Origin: Paramoeba atlantica
Lineage: Eukaryota > Protista > Discosea
Length of the DNA: 64,000 bases
Assembly (NCBI GenBank): GCA_977017575.1
Contig: CDRNVI010000044.1
Span: 434,001 to 498,000, forward strand
Reading direction: 5' to 3'
Shown here in pieces: positions 21,901-32,613 of this stretch. Numbering within the stretch: the first letter of the stretch is position 1; every line of letters starts with the position of its first letter. A program made the translations under genes and the position numbers. The notes under the pieces are model-generated. The model did no database searches. It saw nothing but the letters and a program-made list of their open reading frames with translations, and was not told the DNA's origin.

Positions 21901-22536
21901 TAATACAAAAAGTGATCTTAATACAAAAAGTGATCTTAATACAAAAAGTGATCTTAATACAAAAAGTGATCTTAATACAAAAAGTGATCTTAATACAAAA
22001 AGTGATCTTAATACAAAAAGTGATCTTAATACAAAAAGTGATCTTAATACAAAAAGTGATCTTAATACAAAAAGTGATCTTTAATACAAAAAGTGATCTT
22101 TAATACAAAAAGTGATCTTTAATACAAAAAGTGATCTTTAATACAAAAAGTGATCTTTAATACAAAAAGTGATCTTTAATACAAAAAGTGATCTTTAATA
22201 CAAAAAGTGATCTTTAATACAAAAAGTGATCTTTAATACAAAAAGTGATCTTTAATACAAAAAGTGATCTTTAATACAAAAAGTGATCTTTAATACAAAA
22301 AGTGATCTTTAATACAAAAAGTGATCTTTAATACAAAAAGTGATCTTTAATACAAAAAGTGATCTTTAATACAAAAAGTGATCTTTAATACAAAAAGTGA
22401 TCTTTAATACAAAAAGTGATCTTTAATACAAAAAGTGATCTTTAATACAAAAAGTGATCTTTAATACAAAAAGTGATCTTTAATACAAAAAGTGATCTTT
22501 AATACAAAAAGTGATCTTTAATACAAAAAGTGATTT
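21901..22536. repeat. Tandem array TAATACAAAAAGTGATCT: 10 x 18 bp then about 24 x 19 bp
   Basis: Direct reading; the register switches at 22081. Confidence 0.98.
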
Positions 22537-23052
22537 TTGTAGCGAACCTCACCTCCCGAGCTTTATTTCCGTCCACAGCAACGGTTCATATTGTAATATT
22601 ATTTTTTACCACGGAACTGGGTTTTTCTGTGGTTTTTACTCGGTGTCGTGTAAGTCCTCGGAGTGCTTCTCCAGGCATGTTCTGCTATGGGCGTTTAACG
22701 AACTCGAAATAATATTATAGTATCCTATGCATCAGTTACATTAGCAACTAGCATTTAGGTATACACATTTTTTTATATTTTTTACTTTAAGCACTTTCTT
22801 GTTTATTAGTGTTAATAAATATAAACAAAAAATAAATATTATTAATAATAGTTTATTATTAGTGTTAGCTTCATGAAAAAAATCTTTGCTCAAGAACAGT
22901 TCCTTCACTCTCTTCCCCTCCGTCATCGACCCTTGCTTCGCTACCGATGTCATTTGTCAATTCACATAGCACATTGATAATGCGTACAGCACTTTGATGA
23001 TGCGTTATTTGGAAAATAAAGGTGTTTTCAAGAAATGGTGAACACTCATCTC

Positions 23053-23274
23053 TGCTCCCGGCGAGGTCCCGGTGTTGCGAGAGGCCTCCATACCCCACAA
23101 ATACCACCTCCCCCCCCCTATTTAGCGGGGGTCGCGCGAGCGACCCCTGATAAATGGGGGAACTTCCCCCATTTGAACCCTTCCCCCGGGGAAGGGTGGT
23201 AGTTGTTTTGGGGGAAATGAGAGGCCGAACGCATGGAGGGGCCGGCCGGGCCAATGAACCTAGATCTTGTTTAC
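23053..23274. repeat. Foldback (rod-like palindromic) repeat, copy 1
   Basis: Homologous to 47711-47939 and 48002-48093; central GGGGTCGC-GCGA-GCGACCCC hairpin. Confidence 0.85.
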
Positions 23275-23364
23275 ATTACAACCGGTTAATAATTTCACCT
23301 TTGTGCTTTCCCTCTAATAATTTCACCGGTGCTCGCTGTTTCCCGTCGCTGTCTAGGCGTTTGG

Positions 23365-24034
23365 TTTTTTTTTGGGGGGGGGAGTAGTATTGATTCTAAT
23401 GTTTATATCTACGTTTCGAACTTTCCACCACTTAAAACCTTTCACCCTACTTCCTTCCTTCCCCTACTTCCTTCCCCTCACCGCACTCACTTCCCTTCCC
23501 CCACTTACCCCCTACCGACTGACGCGTCCCTACTGACCGGCTCGCCCGCACTGTGGCCCATGTGGTCCAGGACCTCCGCTCCCACCCCGTTAGCAGTATA
23601 AGATACTTTGAGTTGCTGTACGAGGGTGGGAGACTTGAAGGAGACGAAACGCATAGCCGCCGTCACGCCGAGGGCAAAAAGCGGGAAGAGGGACATGGCG
23701 GGACGGACGCGGGGACAAGGAGAAACGGCGCCCGAGCCCATCGGTCTGGACCTCTGCCCCCACCCCGTGAGCAAGTATACAATACTTTGGGCTGCTGGCA
23801 CGGGGGTGGGGGACGCAAGAGAGGAAAACAACAGAACGACAAGCGCGCTTACACGGAAGGTCGAGGTGGGGGGATACGGCGCAGGGGGATGATGGGACGA
23901 GAGAGGGAGGGGGGATGCCGACAAGAAAGTGTGTATTTGAGGGGGGTGCCCTCCTATGGTCTGGAAGATGGTGTAGGGAAGAAAAAGGAAATAATTCAAC
24001 AAGGTACAGAAACTGTATCTTTATCGTTAAAGTT
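23365..24034 (-). mobile_element. Processed retrocopy of an SL-trans-spliced, polyadenylated transcript
   Basis: 38-nt SL-like exon at 24034-23997 not followed by GT, about 620 nt body, A9 at 23373-23365, flanking TTTGGTTTT direct repeat (23360-23368 and 24046-24054). Confidence 0.75.
23997..24034 (-). other. Spliced-leader (mini-exon) sequence AACTTTAACGATAAAGATACAGTTTCTGTACCTTGTTG
   Basis: Shares the AACT start, ACAGTTTCTGTAC core and TTG end with the T. brucei 39-nt SL AACTAACGCTATTATTAGAACAGTTTCTGTACTATATTG; the last 19 nt are identical to 13790-13808. Confidence 0.85.
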
Positions 24035-24189
24035 TTTTTTTTATATTTGGTTTTACGTTGGGAAACTGACATTCTGAAGGTCAAATCAAATTCTGGTCAA
24101 ATAAAAACACGTATGAGCTATCAATGTGCTATCAAAGTGCCGCTTAATAAGCATTATCAATGTACCGCTTAGTATGCGTTATCAATGTG

Positions 24190-24566
24190 CGGGCGCCGGC
24201 TGGTGGTTCACGGAAACCTTGCTACGCCCCGGTGGAAAAGTCACCCTCCAGGGCGGTAGCGAATATATCATTGAACTAAAGGCACCCTGGGAGGAATCTA
24301 TGGACGGGGAACATGAACGGATGAGGAACAAGTACAACGAACTGGTACACAGAAGGAGGCTAACTAACCCGAGGTGCCAACTTCTGATTTTTGAAATTGG
24401 TGCACACGGGTTGCCTAATACATCTTGTCGCACACTATTTTCGCGGTACAGCGGCGACAATTTTCTTGCATTTGCCTTTCTAGAACATACAAATGATTCA
24501 AAAGGCCGTGCGCGGCAGTTTTATCACGCGACGAGAGTGCATGGCATGGGAAGGGGGGACCAGTAG
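24190..24566 (+). pseudogene. Restriction-like endonuclease (PD-(D/E)xK) C-terminal fragment of an RLE-class non-LTR retrotransposon
   Basis: IIELKAPWEESMDGEHERMRNKYNEL...IFEIGAHG..NTS, then frameshifted AVRGSFI.RR...W, resembling the ELxxPWE...KY..L...EVG.RG RLE pattern. Confidence 0.75.
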
Positions 24567-24652
24567 TTTCGGTCAAAAACGACATTGTGAGACACGCATT
24601 GTCTGGAAATCTCTACAGGTATTGCCCTGTATGAATAACTTTTCTTCTAAAG

Positions 24653-24981
24653 CCCCGTCCGGGTTAATGTACCCCCCCGGTACAATAACTAGCTACAGGT
24701 ACAATAAAAATTCCGAAAAAGAATCAAAATAGTGCAAAAACAAATTTCGCGCCGCTTCGCGGCGCCGGGGCTTTTCTATTTTCATGTCTTCGCTAGTGGA
24801 AATGGTAAAATTGTAAACAATTTTAAAAATAAAATCTGTATAAAGGCCCCCCAAAAAAAATTGGCGCCGCTTCGCGCCGCCCTCTTTTGCGCAGGGGGGG
24901 GGTACAGTAAAACCAAGCGTTTCCACTTATTGTGCCCCCCGGTAAAATAGCGAGCTACAGGTACATTAACCCGGAACGGGG
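24653..24981. mobile_element. MITE-like element with 21-22-bp TIRs
   Basis: CCCCGTCCGGGTTAATGTACC / GGTACATTAACCCGGAACGGGG; internal direct repeats and GCCGCTTCGCG hairpins. Confidence 0.7.
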
Positions 24982-25429
24982 TTTATTACTTTACCCCCTA
25001 GTTATCTGTCGCTACGTTTCGAGAAAACGTGACAGATAAGTGATACAACCGCCGCAGCACTTTACTAATAGCCCAGTGGGCTTGTGGTGAAGTAAGGGGG
25101 GAGGTGAAGTAAGGGAGAGGTAACGAGATTAGCCCCTTTTTCGTTGTTGTTCATCAATTTGTTTTTCAATAAACAAGGGTAGAGCGGTATACAACCACCG
25201 CAATAGAATAAAAATGATAGTAACCCGCACGCCGCATAGAATGCAGCGCGTGAGGAGAAATAAAAACTCTTTGGTCTAAAAATTGGTTTTCCGAAGTGAC
25301 CGATTCAGAAGAATATCACGGCCCGTAATCCAGAATGCAAGTTTCTCTGCTCCGTTACTTCATTTTCATAAAATGAAGTAAAATAAAGTGAAAACACTTG
25401 AAATTTTACTCGCTACGCACTTTTACTCG

Positions 25430-25777
25430 CTACGCACTTGGACTTTTGTACTTTAAGTAACATTCCCTTAAAGTAGCCATGTAACTTTTGCATCTTTCAG
25501 AGACGAAAGCATTTATCATCATACATTCGTGAAATTTATCACTAGCTCCGACACATTCGGTTGGGAGTTGGCAAGCAGAATCAGCGTCTGGATCTACTCC
25601 CATACCCTTTCTATAGGAACGTAGGCACGAATAATAGTCAGAACGCTCGGGGCCACATGCAGAAACATCTCTATCAGGCGTATAATCAAATTCTTTGAGA
25701 CAGCTTCGCCAACGAGTAGCCTGATCCGCACACGGCCCCGTTTCATTTCCCTCGGGAATCTTTGAGTCGCCTCGCAT
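25430..25777 (-). CDS. Twin CX9C (CHCH) domain protein, probably mitochondrial intermembrane space
   Basis: CADQATRWRSC, CGPERSDYYSC, CVGASDKFHEC, CKSYMATLREC (four CX9C motifs); first ATG at 25777. Confidence 0.75.
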   Translation of the reverse strand: MRGDSKIPEGNETGPCADQATRWRSCLKEFDYTPDRDVSACGPERSDYYSCLRSYRKGMGVDPDADSACQLPTECVGASDKFHECMMINAFVSERCKSYMATLRECYLKYKSPSA

Positions 25778-25925
25778 TCTAAAAAACTTACCAAAGAAAA
25801 TTATTTCAATTGCCGATAAGCAAAGAAGACTCAATAACTGTCTTGAGAGATTGATGGAGACGTTACCCAACTCAATAACGTAATAATATTAGTAGATTAT
25901 ATTATCATGCGTTAGGTTTAAGATG

Positions 25926-28652
25926 TTAAGACGAAAATTTGAGATACAAGCGATCAACAGTGATTCTAAGAACGTCAAGAAGACTGCGTAACAAATGATT
26001 CTTCGTATGATCATTAGACGTATCTTCATGCAAAAATGCAGCGTTCTCGACTAATCGAACGGCTTCTTCAATGTACTTCTCAACGCGAATGTTATAGGTG
26101 GGAACTCGCTCCTTCAAATTGACTTGAAGTATATCGTTTTCAATTAGCTCGAAAAAAGATGTGATAAGTCCATTCAAGCCTAGTGATTGTGAAATGTCCT
26201 TGCCTGTTGTTTGTTTTGAAAAAATACTAGAAGTACGCTTTGAGTAAAGTATAATGAGGAGCCGTCTAATATAAGGTGACTTCATCAAAATACTATGATC
26301 TAAAGGAGTGAATTCAAGATGAAATTTGATTATGCACATGAGAGTTAGTAAAGAATCAGATAGTGCTCTCGGGGGACTTTGAAAAATGTTCGAGTACGTA
26401 GCACTCATGTACACATCAATTAGCGTTCTCAAATTGGAAGGCAATAAAAGGTGATGCAAAGCCGTGCGTGAAATATTCAGCAACGTATTAGTTGTGACTT
26501 TATGAGTGCAATATTCTAACAAAGGAGAACCAGAATCCAAACTTTTTCCCCGAGACAACACACCAGAAAGTGAAGAAGCCAATTGAAATATGAAAAACAT
26601 GACTTGAAGTTGGTGGTTATACATTTCCATGTCATTTCGTATATTTTCCGGGCTTGACGTGATGTGATCAAAGCTAAGATCAGCAGAAAAATGCTCAAGG
26701 AGGGGTGTATTCGGTTTATTAAAAATTTGATTTAGCACCATAAATGTGTGCGAGACAGGAAGAAAAAGCAGCACTGCAGTATGTAAGAGTAAATAGTCCA
26801 TCTGAAAAACACGGTCAAGAATGCTTCGAATCAAGGGCAAAATTTCGTCAAAAAAATCAGTTAGGACTAGGGAAGAATGCGCTCTTAGATTTCTCTTTTG
26901 AGCTGATGAGAACATTCTTGGTAAGATACATAATGGCACTGCCTTGTTAGGTGCTTCGTGAAGCCAATATTGCTCAACCGCAGTCGTAAGCAGACCCTCA
27001 TACCAACTAGTAAGATCGACGCGTATCATAGAGAGCAAAAAAATAATATGAGCCTCCTTTGTATTTCTATCATCAAATAATTTCTGCCATATCATTTTAG
27101 GAAGCGAACATGAAAGACGAACGCACAGTTCTAGTAAGATGTTTTGCAGTTGCGCAGAAAAACTAGTGTTGCCCCTCTCCTTCAGCGAGTTTTCAAACCG
27201 GTGAAGAAACAGAGTATACACGGGACCTAACGAAGGTGTAAGAAAAGCGTACCAAATATGACTACTTCGCGTTAGATTGGGTCTCGATTCGGTAGAGCTG
27301 CGTAACAAGTTACTAATCAATAGAGCAAGAAATTGAAACGAATTCCTTGGAGAAGCCATAAAACATGTATTCATATGCACAACACACCACGTGTGGTACA
27401 GGCATACGGACCACGCGCTTTCCGAAGCTCTTTGAAAACTGTTCACACATTCTCTAAATAAAAATTCAGAGGCGCGGACTAGCGATGAAGTAACTGGTGA
27501 GCATGTGTTGTGTTTCTTTAGCGCTAAAAAGATGTAATTTACGGTTTGAGAGTAAGACACTACAGAATGTGTCCAAGGTATATATTTTTCCGCTGAATCA
27601 TGCGTGTGGCATTCTCCAATCTGAAGCAACCCGACTAAACATTCCAGTATGTGCCGCTCAGAAAGCATACCACATACTGCGAACGTTGAGCCATCCTTCG
27701 TGGTTGTAGCATGCAGCGGCTCGACACATTTCAGATAGTGGTCATAAACTTTCGAAAAACGACAACTAGTCTGCCTAAGTACTAATGGGCCAGCGCTAGG
27801 CCCGCATTCAAAATCTACGTGATGCTGTGATACGTTTACATGACCTAGAGCTAAGCACAATGAATGTATGATTTCGCGACGAGTTAACTTCGAGTATATC
27901 GACTGCAAGGCTCGTTGCTTCCATACACGCATTTCTTCACGCAAGCCCTGATCAAGCAGGAAATCGGCTCGTTCTTCACAGTGCACTAAATTGCGCAGAA
28001 TGAAACCACTGGCGTCTCTGCTGAGATCTAAATTGGATGTCATTGCCTTCAGTAGGTGAGCTACTAAGATACGGACCGTGTGACTCGACGCATCGGATGT
28101 TGGAGATTTTGATTGAGATTGCATAGTTTCAACGGAGTGTATCATTGCAACAAGTGCTGCAGTAGTGTGGGGTATTCGGAGAGCATGTACTAAATCGCGT
28201 GCGGGAGAAACACGTGACAGCAGCACACAATATACTTTCCATGCAATCACAATAACATCCTTAAGTTCTCGTGAAGACAGAAGAGATTGATGAAACAGCT
28301 CAATACTGTGACACTGAAGTCTGTATACACACGGATCACGCGCAATGCATAGCTGACAGAGAACGTAACATTCGCGTTCCGAAATTGCCGCGTCATGACA
28401 ATCTGCGATCAAAAGACTGGTTTGTTTACTTCGATCCATGAGCTGTTGAAGGGACTTAACCAATTCTCTGTAATACACAGAAAGAGATTCATTTAGACGA
28501 ATACCCTCTATATCTCTGAGAGATTCTAAGAGAAAAAAGGAATTTCTCCCCGAAGGCTTGTTTTTCGCGAATTCAGAAAGACGAAGAGGAGTGGATAGTG
28601 AAGATGGCGATGAGATACGAGGTTCCAAAGTAGGGCTCGTTAGCTGTTCCAT
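25926..28652 (-). CDS. Hypothetical protein, 908 aa, helical/Leu-rich
   Basis: Long uninterrupted ORF co-oriented with its neighbours; no recognised motif. Confidence 0.8.
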   Translation of the reverse strand: MEQLTSPTLEPRISSPSSLSTPLRLSEFAKNKPSGRNSFFLLESLRDIEGIRLNESLSVYYRELVKSLQQLMDRSKQTSLLIADCHDAAISERECYVLCQLCIARDPCVYRLQCHSIELFHQSLLSSRELKDVIVIAWKVYCVLLSRVSPARDLVHALRIPHTTAALVAMIHSVETMQSQSKSPTSDASSHTVRILVAHLLKAMTSNLDLSRDASGFILRNLVHCEERADFLLDQGLREEMRVWKQRALQSIYSKLTRREIIHSLCLALGHVNVSQHHVDFECGPSAGPLVLRQTSCRFSKVYDHYLKCVEPLHATTTKDGSTFAVCGMLSERHILECLVGLLQIGECHTHDSAEKYIPWTHSVVSYSQTVNYIFLALKKHNTCSPVTSSLVRASEFLFRECVNSFQRASESAWSVCLYHTWCVVHMNTCFMASPRNSFQFLALLISNLLRSSTESRPNLTRSSHIWYAFLTPSLGPVYTLFLHRFENSLKERGNTSFSAQLQNILLELCVRLSCSLPKMIWQKLFDDRNTKEAHIIFLLSMIRVDLTSWYEGLLTTAVEQYWLHEAPNKAVPLCILPRMFSSAQKRNLRAHSSLVLTDFFDEILPLIRSILDRVFQMDYLLLHTAVLLFLPVSHTFMVLNQIFNKPNTPLLEHFSADLSFDHITSSPENIRNDMEMYNHQLQVMFFIFQLASSLSGVLSRGKSLDSGSPLLEYCTHKVTTNTLLNISRTALHHLLLPSNLRTLIDVYMSATYSNIFQSPPRALSDSLLTLMCIIKFHLEFTPLDHSILMKSPYIRRLLIILYSKRTSSIFSKQTTGKDISQSLGLNGLITSFFELIENDILQVNLKERVPTYNIRVEKYIEEAVRLVENAAFLHEDTSNDHTKNHLLRSLLDVLRITVDRLYLKFSS

Positions 28653-28910
28653 ATTGAAACCACCTTACATTGCAACAAATTCAGATAAGCACGTAAGACC
28701 CAATCATTCTAACAAATACAATAGGGCGTAATGTGTCACGTTAAAAGTTAATTCACATTGTGAATTGAAAACTTTGATTTAAAAGTACCGTCTAAATTCA
28801 ATGCAGATAACGTGTTGGGTAATGTGCAGTACGCATAAATTAGACACAAGGATAAGGGAAACATACTATTAGTGCATTATGTCTCCTTTATCCTTGTGTA
28901 CAATTAGTAA

Positions 28911-29153
28911 CTAATTGTGCTTAAAAAACTTAAAACTCAGCCAGCTAAAGTACGACCATATTACGAATATGGGAATAAACATGGGACCACAAAGAAGAAT
29001 GTAGTAGTACTCCATTGAAGAGGAATTTAGTGCACAGGCTTGCGTTTGGCGTGATTTCTGCCACACCTGCATGGAAAACCACACGGCATATGTCCAAAGA
29101 AAAATCAGACCAATCAGTTGAACGACGCAATGCTTGCGGGTTTGCACCGGCAT
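28911..29153 (-). CDS. PIG-Y/Eri1-like subunit of GPI-GlcNAc transferase
   Basis: 80 aa with two hydrophobic segments and C-terminal PIFVIWSYFSWLSFKFFKHN (human PIG-Y ends WTWMGIKLFRHN). Confidence 0.7.
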   Translation of the reverse strand: MPVQTRKHCVVQLIGLIFLWTYAVWFSMQVWQKSRQTQACALNSSSMEYYYILLCGPMFIPIFVIWSYFSWLSFKFFKHN

Positions 29154-29428
29154 AAAATGCGGTTTGCCAATATATTACATGTAGTAACAAAATGATGTAA
29201 TCATAAAATAAAAATGATATAATAAAAATAAATTGTGAATGTGGGAGTACTCCATCAATTGCGCTTTTGAATGATCAACACTAGACGAACATCCGTACAT
29301 CTTGATTTTATAAGAAACACTCTACTAGAAAAAATCATTGGCAACGAACACTTAGTACTTGTAATGTTCTTTCATTACCGAATATTCCATATTCGAGCCT
29401 TCGAACTGTGACTACATATAAAAATTAT

Positions 29429-29812
29429 CTATACGCTTTCCATCTGCTCTGATGCTGTCGGAGGTGAAGAGTACTTTGACGCACAAAGCGATGTAAGTTT
29501 ATCAACATTGATGCTATTGGAAGGAAGCTCTATACTACGTATACAACTACCGCGAATAAAAACTGGAGATAACATTCGTCGAAACATTGGGTATTCCTCG
29601 GTATCAATTGAAAGTTCTTTCAACCAAACATTAAGCGTTGTATCGACCTTGCCTAGCGTTCCAGGAATCTTCACTCCGTTTTTCAATTGAACAATTATCG
29701 ATTTACCCTGAAGACATGATAACGTTTGTTGAAACAAACTTGTAGGAAGGTCGAATTTAGGGCGATGTGTGCGTTCACGTTTGTTACGCACGTCTTTCGT
29801 ACGCTTTGACAT
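29429..29812 (-). CDS. Sm-like protein, LSm2-like
   Basis: LQGKSIIVQLKNG...GTLGKVDTTLNVWL...VFIRGSCIRSIELP (Sm1/Sm2 motifs). Confidence 0.75.
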   Translation of the reverse strand: MSKRTKDVRNKRERTHRPKFDLPTSLFQQTLSCLQGKSIIVQLKNGVKIPGTLGKVDTTLNVWLKELSIDTEEYPMFRRMLSPVFIRGSCIRSIELPSNSINVDKLTSLCASKYSSPPTASEQMESV

Positions 29813-30087
29813 TGGTATGGAACTTGTGATACTAAATTTACACAATTATATTTTTTTTCGGGAGACTGCCGCAGAAATAGTAGAGGATCACACTCATTAT
29901 GTTTGTACATTATACCCTCCTATCCCTGTTTGAAACTTTGTTGAGTAGTAAAGACGAGTTAGGTCGAATCCATCAGAAAATACTTGGTCAAAAACGAATA
30001 CCAATACATAGGAACCCAACATTTGCCTTGAGGCGAAACAGCCGTTTGAAGCCACCCACTCCCACCCTCTCTTCACCCCCACCCTCT

Positions 30088-31713
30088 TCAAAACCCAACA
30101 CGGCTTAAATCCACCGTTTTCCACCGTACCGCGGCGGATTGCATCCTGCCGTACAGCTCACTCGGGGCGCTCGGCGTCTCACACGCCCACGAAACCCCTT
30201 GAGCTCGCATCACGGCTCCCAGGATCCGTAGCGCCTGGGCGAGTTCCCTTTGCTTGACTCGATTGCGCTGCTGACTCATTAAATAGAGCAGGGCGTGTCG
30301 AGAGGCGTAGTGCAGGTCTGTGCGTAAGGCATGGAACTGCACGGTGAGTGTGTTGCGACCCATCTGGGGTTTATCCTCAGCCTGAACCGCCTTTCGCTGC
30401 GACCAGAATAACAGAAAAAATCCCCAGAGGTTTTGAAGAAGAATCCATCGAGGGGCCAACCGACGACGTACCGGGTGAAGGGTGGCATCCGCCACCGCGA
30501 GGTAGATACGACCGAGTTCGTGCACGATCGGAGGCCCTAGAGGGGAGGTGAGGATAAAACGTTTCACAAAGGTATGGCAACGGGCGTAGAAGGCGTCCTG
30601 ATGGGAGGGATCGAAATGGGATAAAATGTTGTGTTGTAGGCTTGTGGCAATGTGGACAGTGCGAGTAAAGGATAGAAGTTCCCAATCCATGCGGCTTAAC
30701 ACAACACGGTCGAGGACGAGCATTTGAAGAGGGGTGAAGTAGAGATCACCGGTGAACCAGTGTGTGAGCAGAGGGCCTCCGAGGTATTCTCGCACGCTTT
30801 CGCGATACGCGGGAGAGCGAGGGCTACAGAAACCAACAAAAAGAGGATTGCACCCCTTGCTCTCCACTGCGCCTTCCCCACCCAAGTCGTAGAGCCGACG
30901 TGAGCTCGGATCACGCAGTACGGTGTATGCAGCTAAAATTTCCTGGTATCGGATAGGGTCTTTTTCCGGAGGAAAGGCAGCGGAGAGTCTTCGGTAGGCA
31001 TCCTCAACTTCCGACGCAGAAGCTTTGCGTGTGATTCCCAATGTTTGGTAGTGGATTTCACCCACCAAACGGTGTTTGCTAAAAAACATTTCGCAGGATC
31101 GGTGCTCAACCTTTTTTGGGGAATATCGTAGGCGGAACAACAAGCGACCACGACGCATTAGTTTATCACGCAATGAATGAAGTTCAACGACCTTGTACGG
31201 AGCACAGTGCCTCCAGTACCCAACAATAGGATCGAAATAATAATATCCTGGACAGAAAATTTGAGTCGCTGCGCCAAAAAGCATATTACCGCAACTTTGT
31301 ATTAGACTCATCGGAATCAGTATGATGGCAATGCAGAAATAGGCCGTCGCTCTTCCAAGTGCATGAAGAAATCGTCCTCGGACCGAGTTGCACACGATGG
31401 AATAACCCATGATGTGTATCAAACTTACGCAATTCGTGGCTGTATACCACGCGGACCAACATAAATTTCGTTGCAAATGTGTTTCTAAACGAAACAGAGG
31501 ACTCAAAGGGGCTCGTAGGTAAAGTTCCTCTTCAGAAACTTCCGAGGATGCAACAGTTGATGCTTTTTCAAGAATTCGTGATTTTGATCGGAATACGTGC
31601 CAGGGAAATCGAGCATGCGTATGATGCCGTAAAGTGTAAAGCATTGTGTTCCATTCGCAGTCCAAACGACTGGAGTAGTTTGCCAAACGGATAAACAACG
31701 GGAGAGAACTCAT
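30088..31713 (-). CDS. DnaJ-domain protein (atypical J domain, PPEK in place of HPD)
   Basis: HYQTLGITRKASASEVEDAYRRLSAAFPPEKDP..YQEILAAYTVLRDP..RRLYD. Confidence 0.8.
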   Translation of the reverse strand: MSSLPLFIRLANYSSRLDCEWNTMLYTLRHHTHARFPWHVFRSKSRILEKASTVASSEVSEEELYLRAPLSPLFRLETHLQRNLCWSAWYTATNCVSLIHIMGYSIVCNSVRGRFLHALGRATAYFCIAIILIPMSLIQSCGNMLFGAATQIFCPGYYYFDPIVGYWRHCAPYKVVELHSLRDKLMRRGRLLFRLRYSPKKVEHRSCEMFFSKHRLVGEIHYQTLGITRKASASEVEDAYRRLSAAFPPEKDPIRYQEILAAYTVLRDPSSRRLYDLGGEGAVESKGCNPLFVGFCSPRSPAYRESVREYLGGPLLTHWFTGDLYFTPLQMLVLDRVVLSRMDWELLSFTRTVHIATSLQHNILSHFDPSHQDAFYARCHTFVKRFILTSPLGPPIVHELGRIYLAVADATLHPVRRRLAPRWILLQNLWGFFLLFWSQRKAVQAEDKPQMGRNTLTVQFHALRTDLHYASRHALLYLMSQQRNRVKQRELAQALRILGAVMRAQGVSWACETPSAPSELYGRMQSAAVRWKTVDLSRVGF

Positions 31714-32023
31714 GAGGCACTGTGGGGAGCTCTCAACGAAAAATATGAAAATACGTGTCGATCATGCGTAATCTGCATGTGGTTCGGCTTATAATCCCAT
31801 GTATTTGACAAAGTAATTATTCTTTTTCTATGTTTAGGTTTATAATAGAAACCTCGAAAAGCATTTTAGATAAATTGTACAAGTAAGATATTTTAAACAT
31901 TATAACAACAAAGTAGTTAAACGTAACGTTTCTAACGGCGCAGTCTCGAATACATCAGACTCTCTGATGTTAAATTTTTTAGGATTGCAGTGCAGTACCG
32001 TAAAAGTCGAATAGAAGGATCAA

Positions 32024-32293
32024 CTATTTGCCTGCTTCAGATGAAAACAGTGGATGATTACGCAAAATTTCAGGCAGAACAACATATCGAATGCGTCGAC
32101 CACGGACAAATATTTCGGAAGATTTGGTTGATTGCCCATTTTTTGGAAGACAAGTTGCATCCAGAAGAGTAATGTTCATGTTATCTTCAACATGCTTCAC
32201 GCGACCGCGATAATGGTCACCATTCATCAGTTCAACTTCAACTATGTGATCCGCCGCTTCGCGTAAAAGTCGCTCCGGTATGCTGGATGACAT
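32024..32293 (-). CDS. SmD3: Sm D3-like snRNP core protein
   Basis: IPERLLREAADHIVEVEL..G..YRG...VEDNMNI.L...IFVRGRRIRYVVLPEILRNHPLF. Confidence 0.85.
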   Translation of the reverse strand: MSSSIPERLLREAADHIVEVELMNGDHYRGRVKHVEDNMNITLLDATCLPKNGQSTKSSEIFVRGRRIRYVVLPEILRNHPLFSSEAGK

Positions 32294-32613
32294 GATAATT
32301 GTTAATGCAAAAAAATAATACTAAAAGAAATACTAAAAGCTTAATTAGTATGTATACAAAGACTCTCTTCCATGGTGTTTTGGTGTCCGCCTTGTCGGAT
32401 TATGTATAACTTGATAATAACAAACCAAAATGTATACAAAGAAACCTATCGCATCACGATATGTATCATCACCAAAACACCAGGAGTCTTGTAGGTTACT
32501 ATGAAAAATATTACGAGTGTCCTGGTAAAACGGTCGACAGAGTACAAAAACGCAGAAAACACTAAGAAAATGATTCGATCCGCAGAACTACATAAACTTG
32601 CGTTGGAGCGATA

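Noticed and set aside
21692-22103. ORFs (NTKSDL)n and (IQKVIL)n
   Set aside because: Translation of the 18-bp satellite
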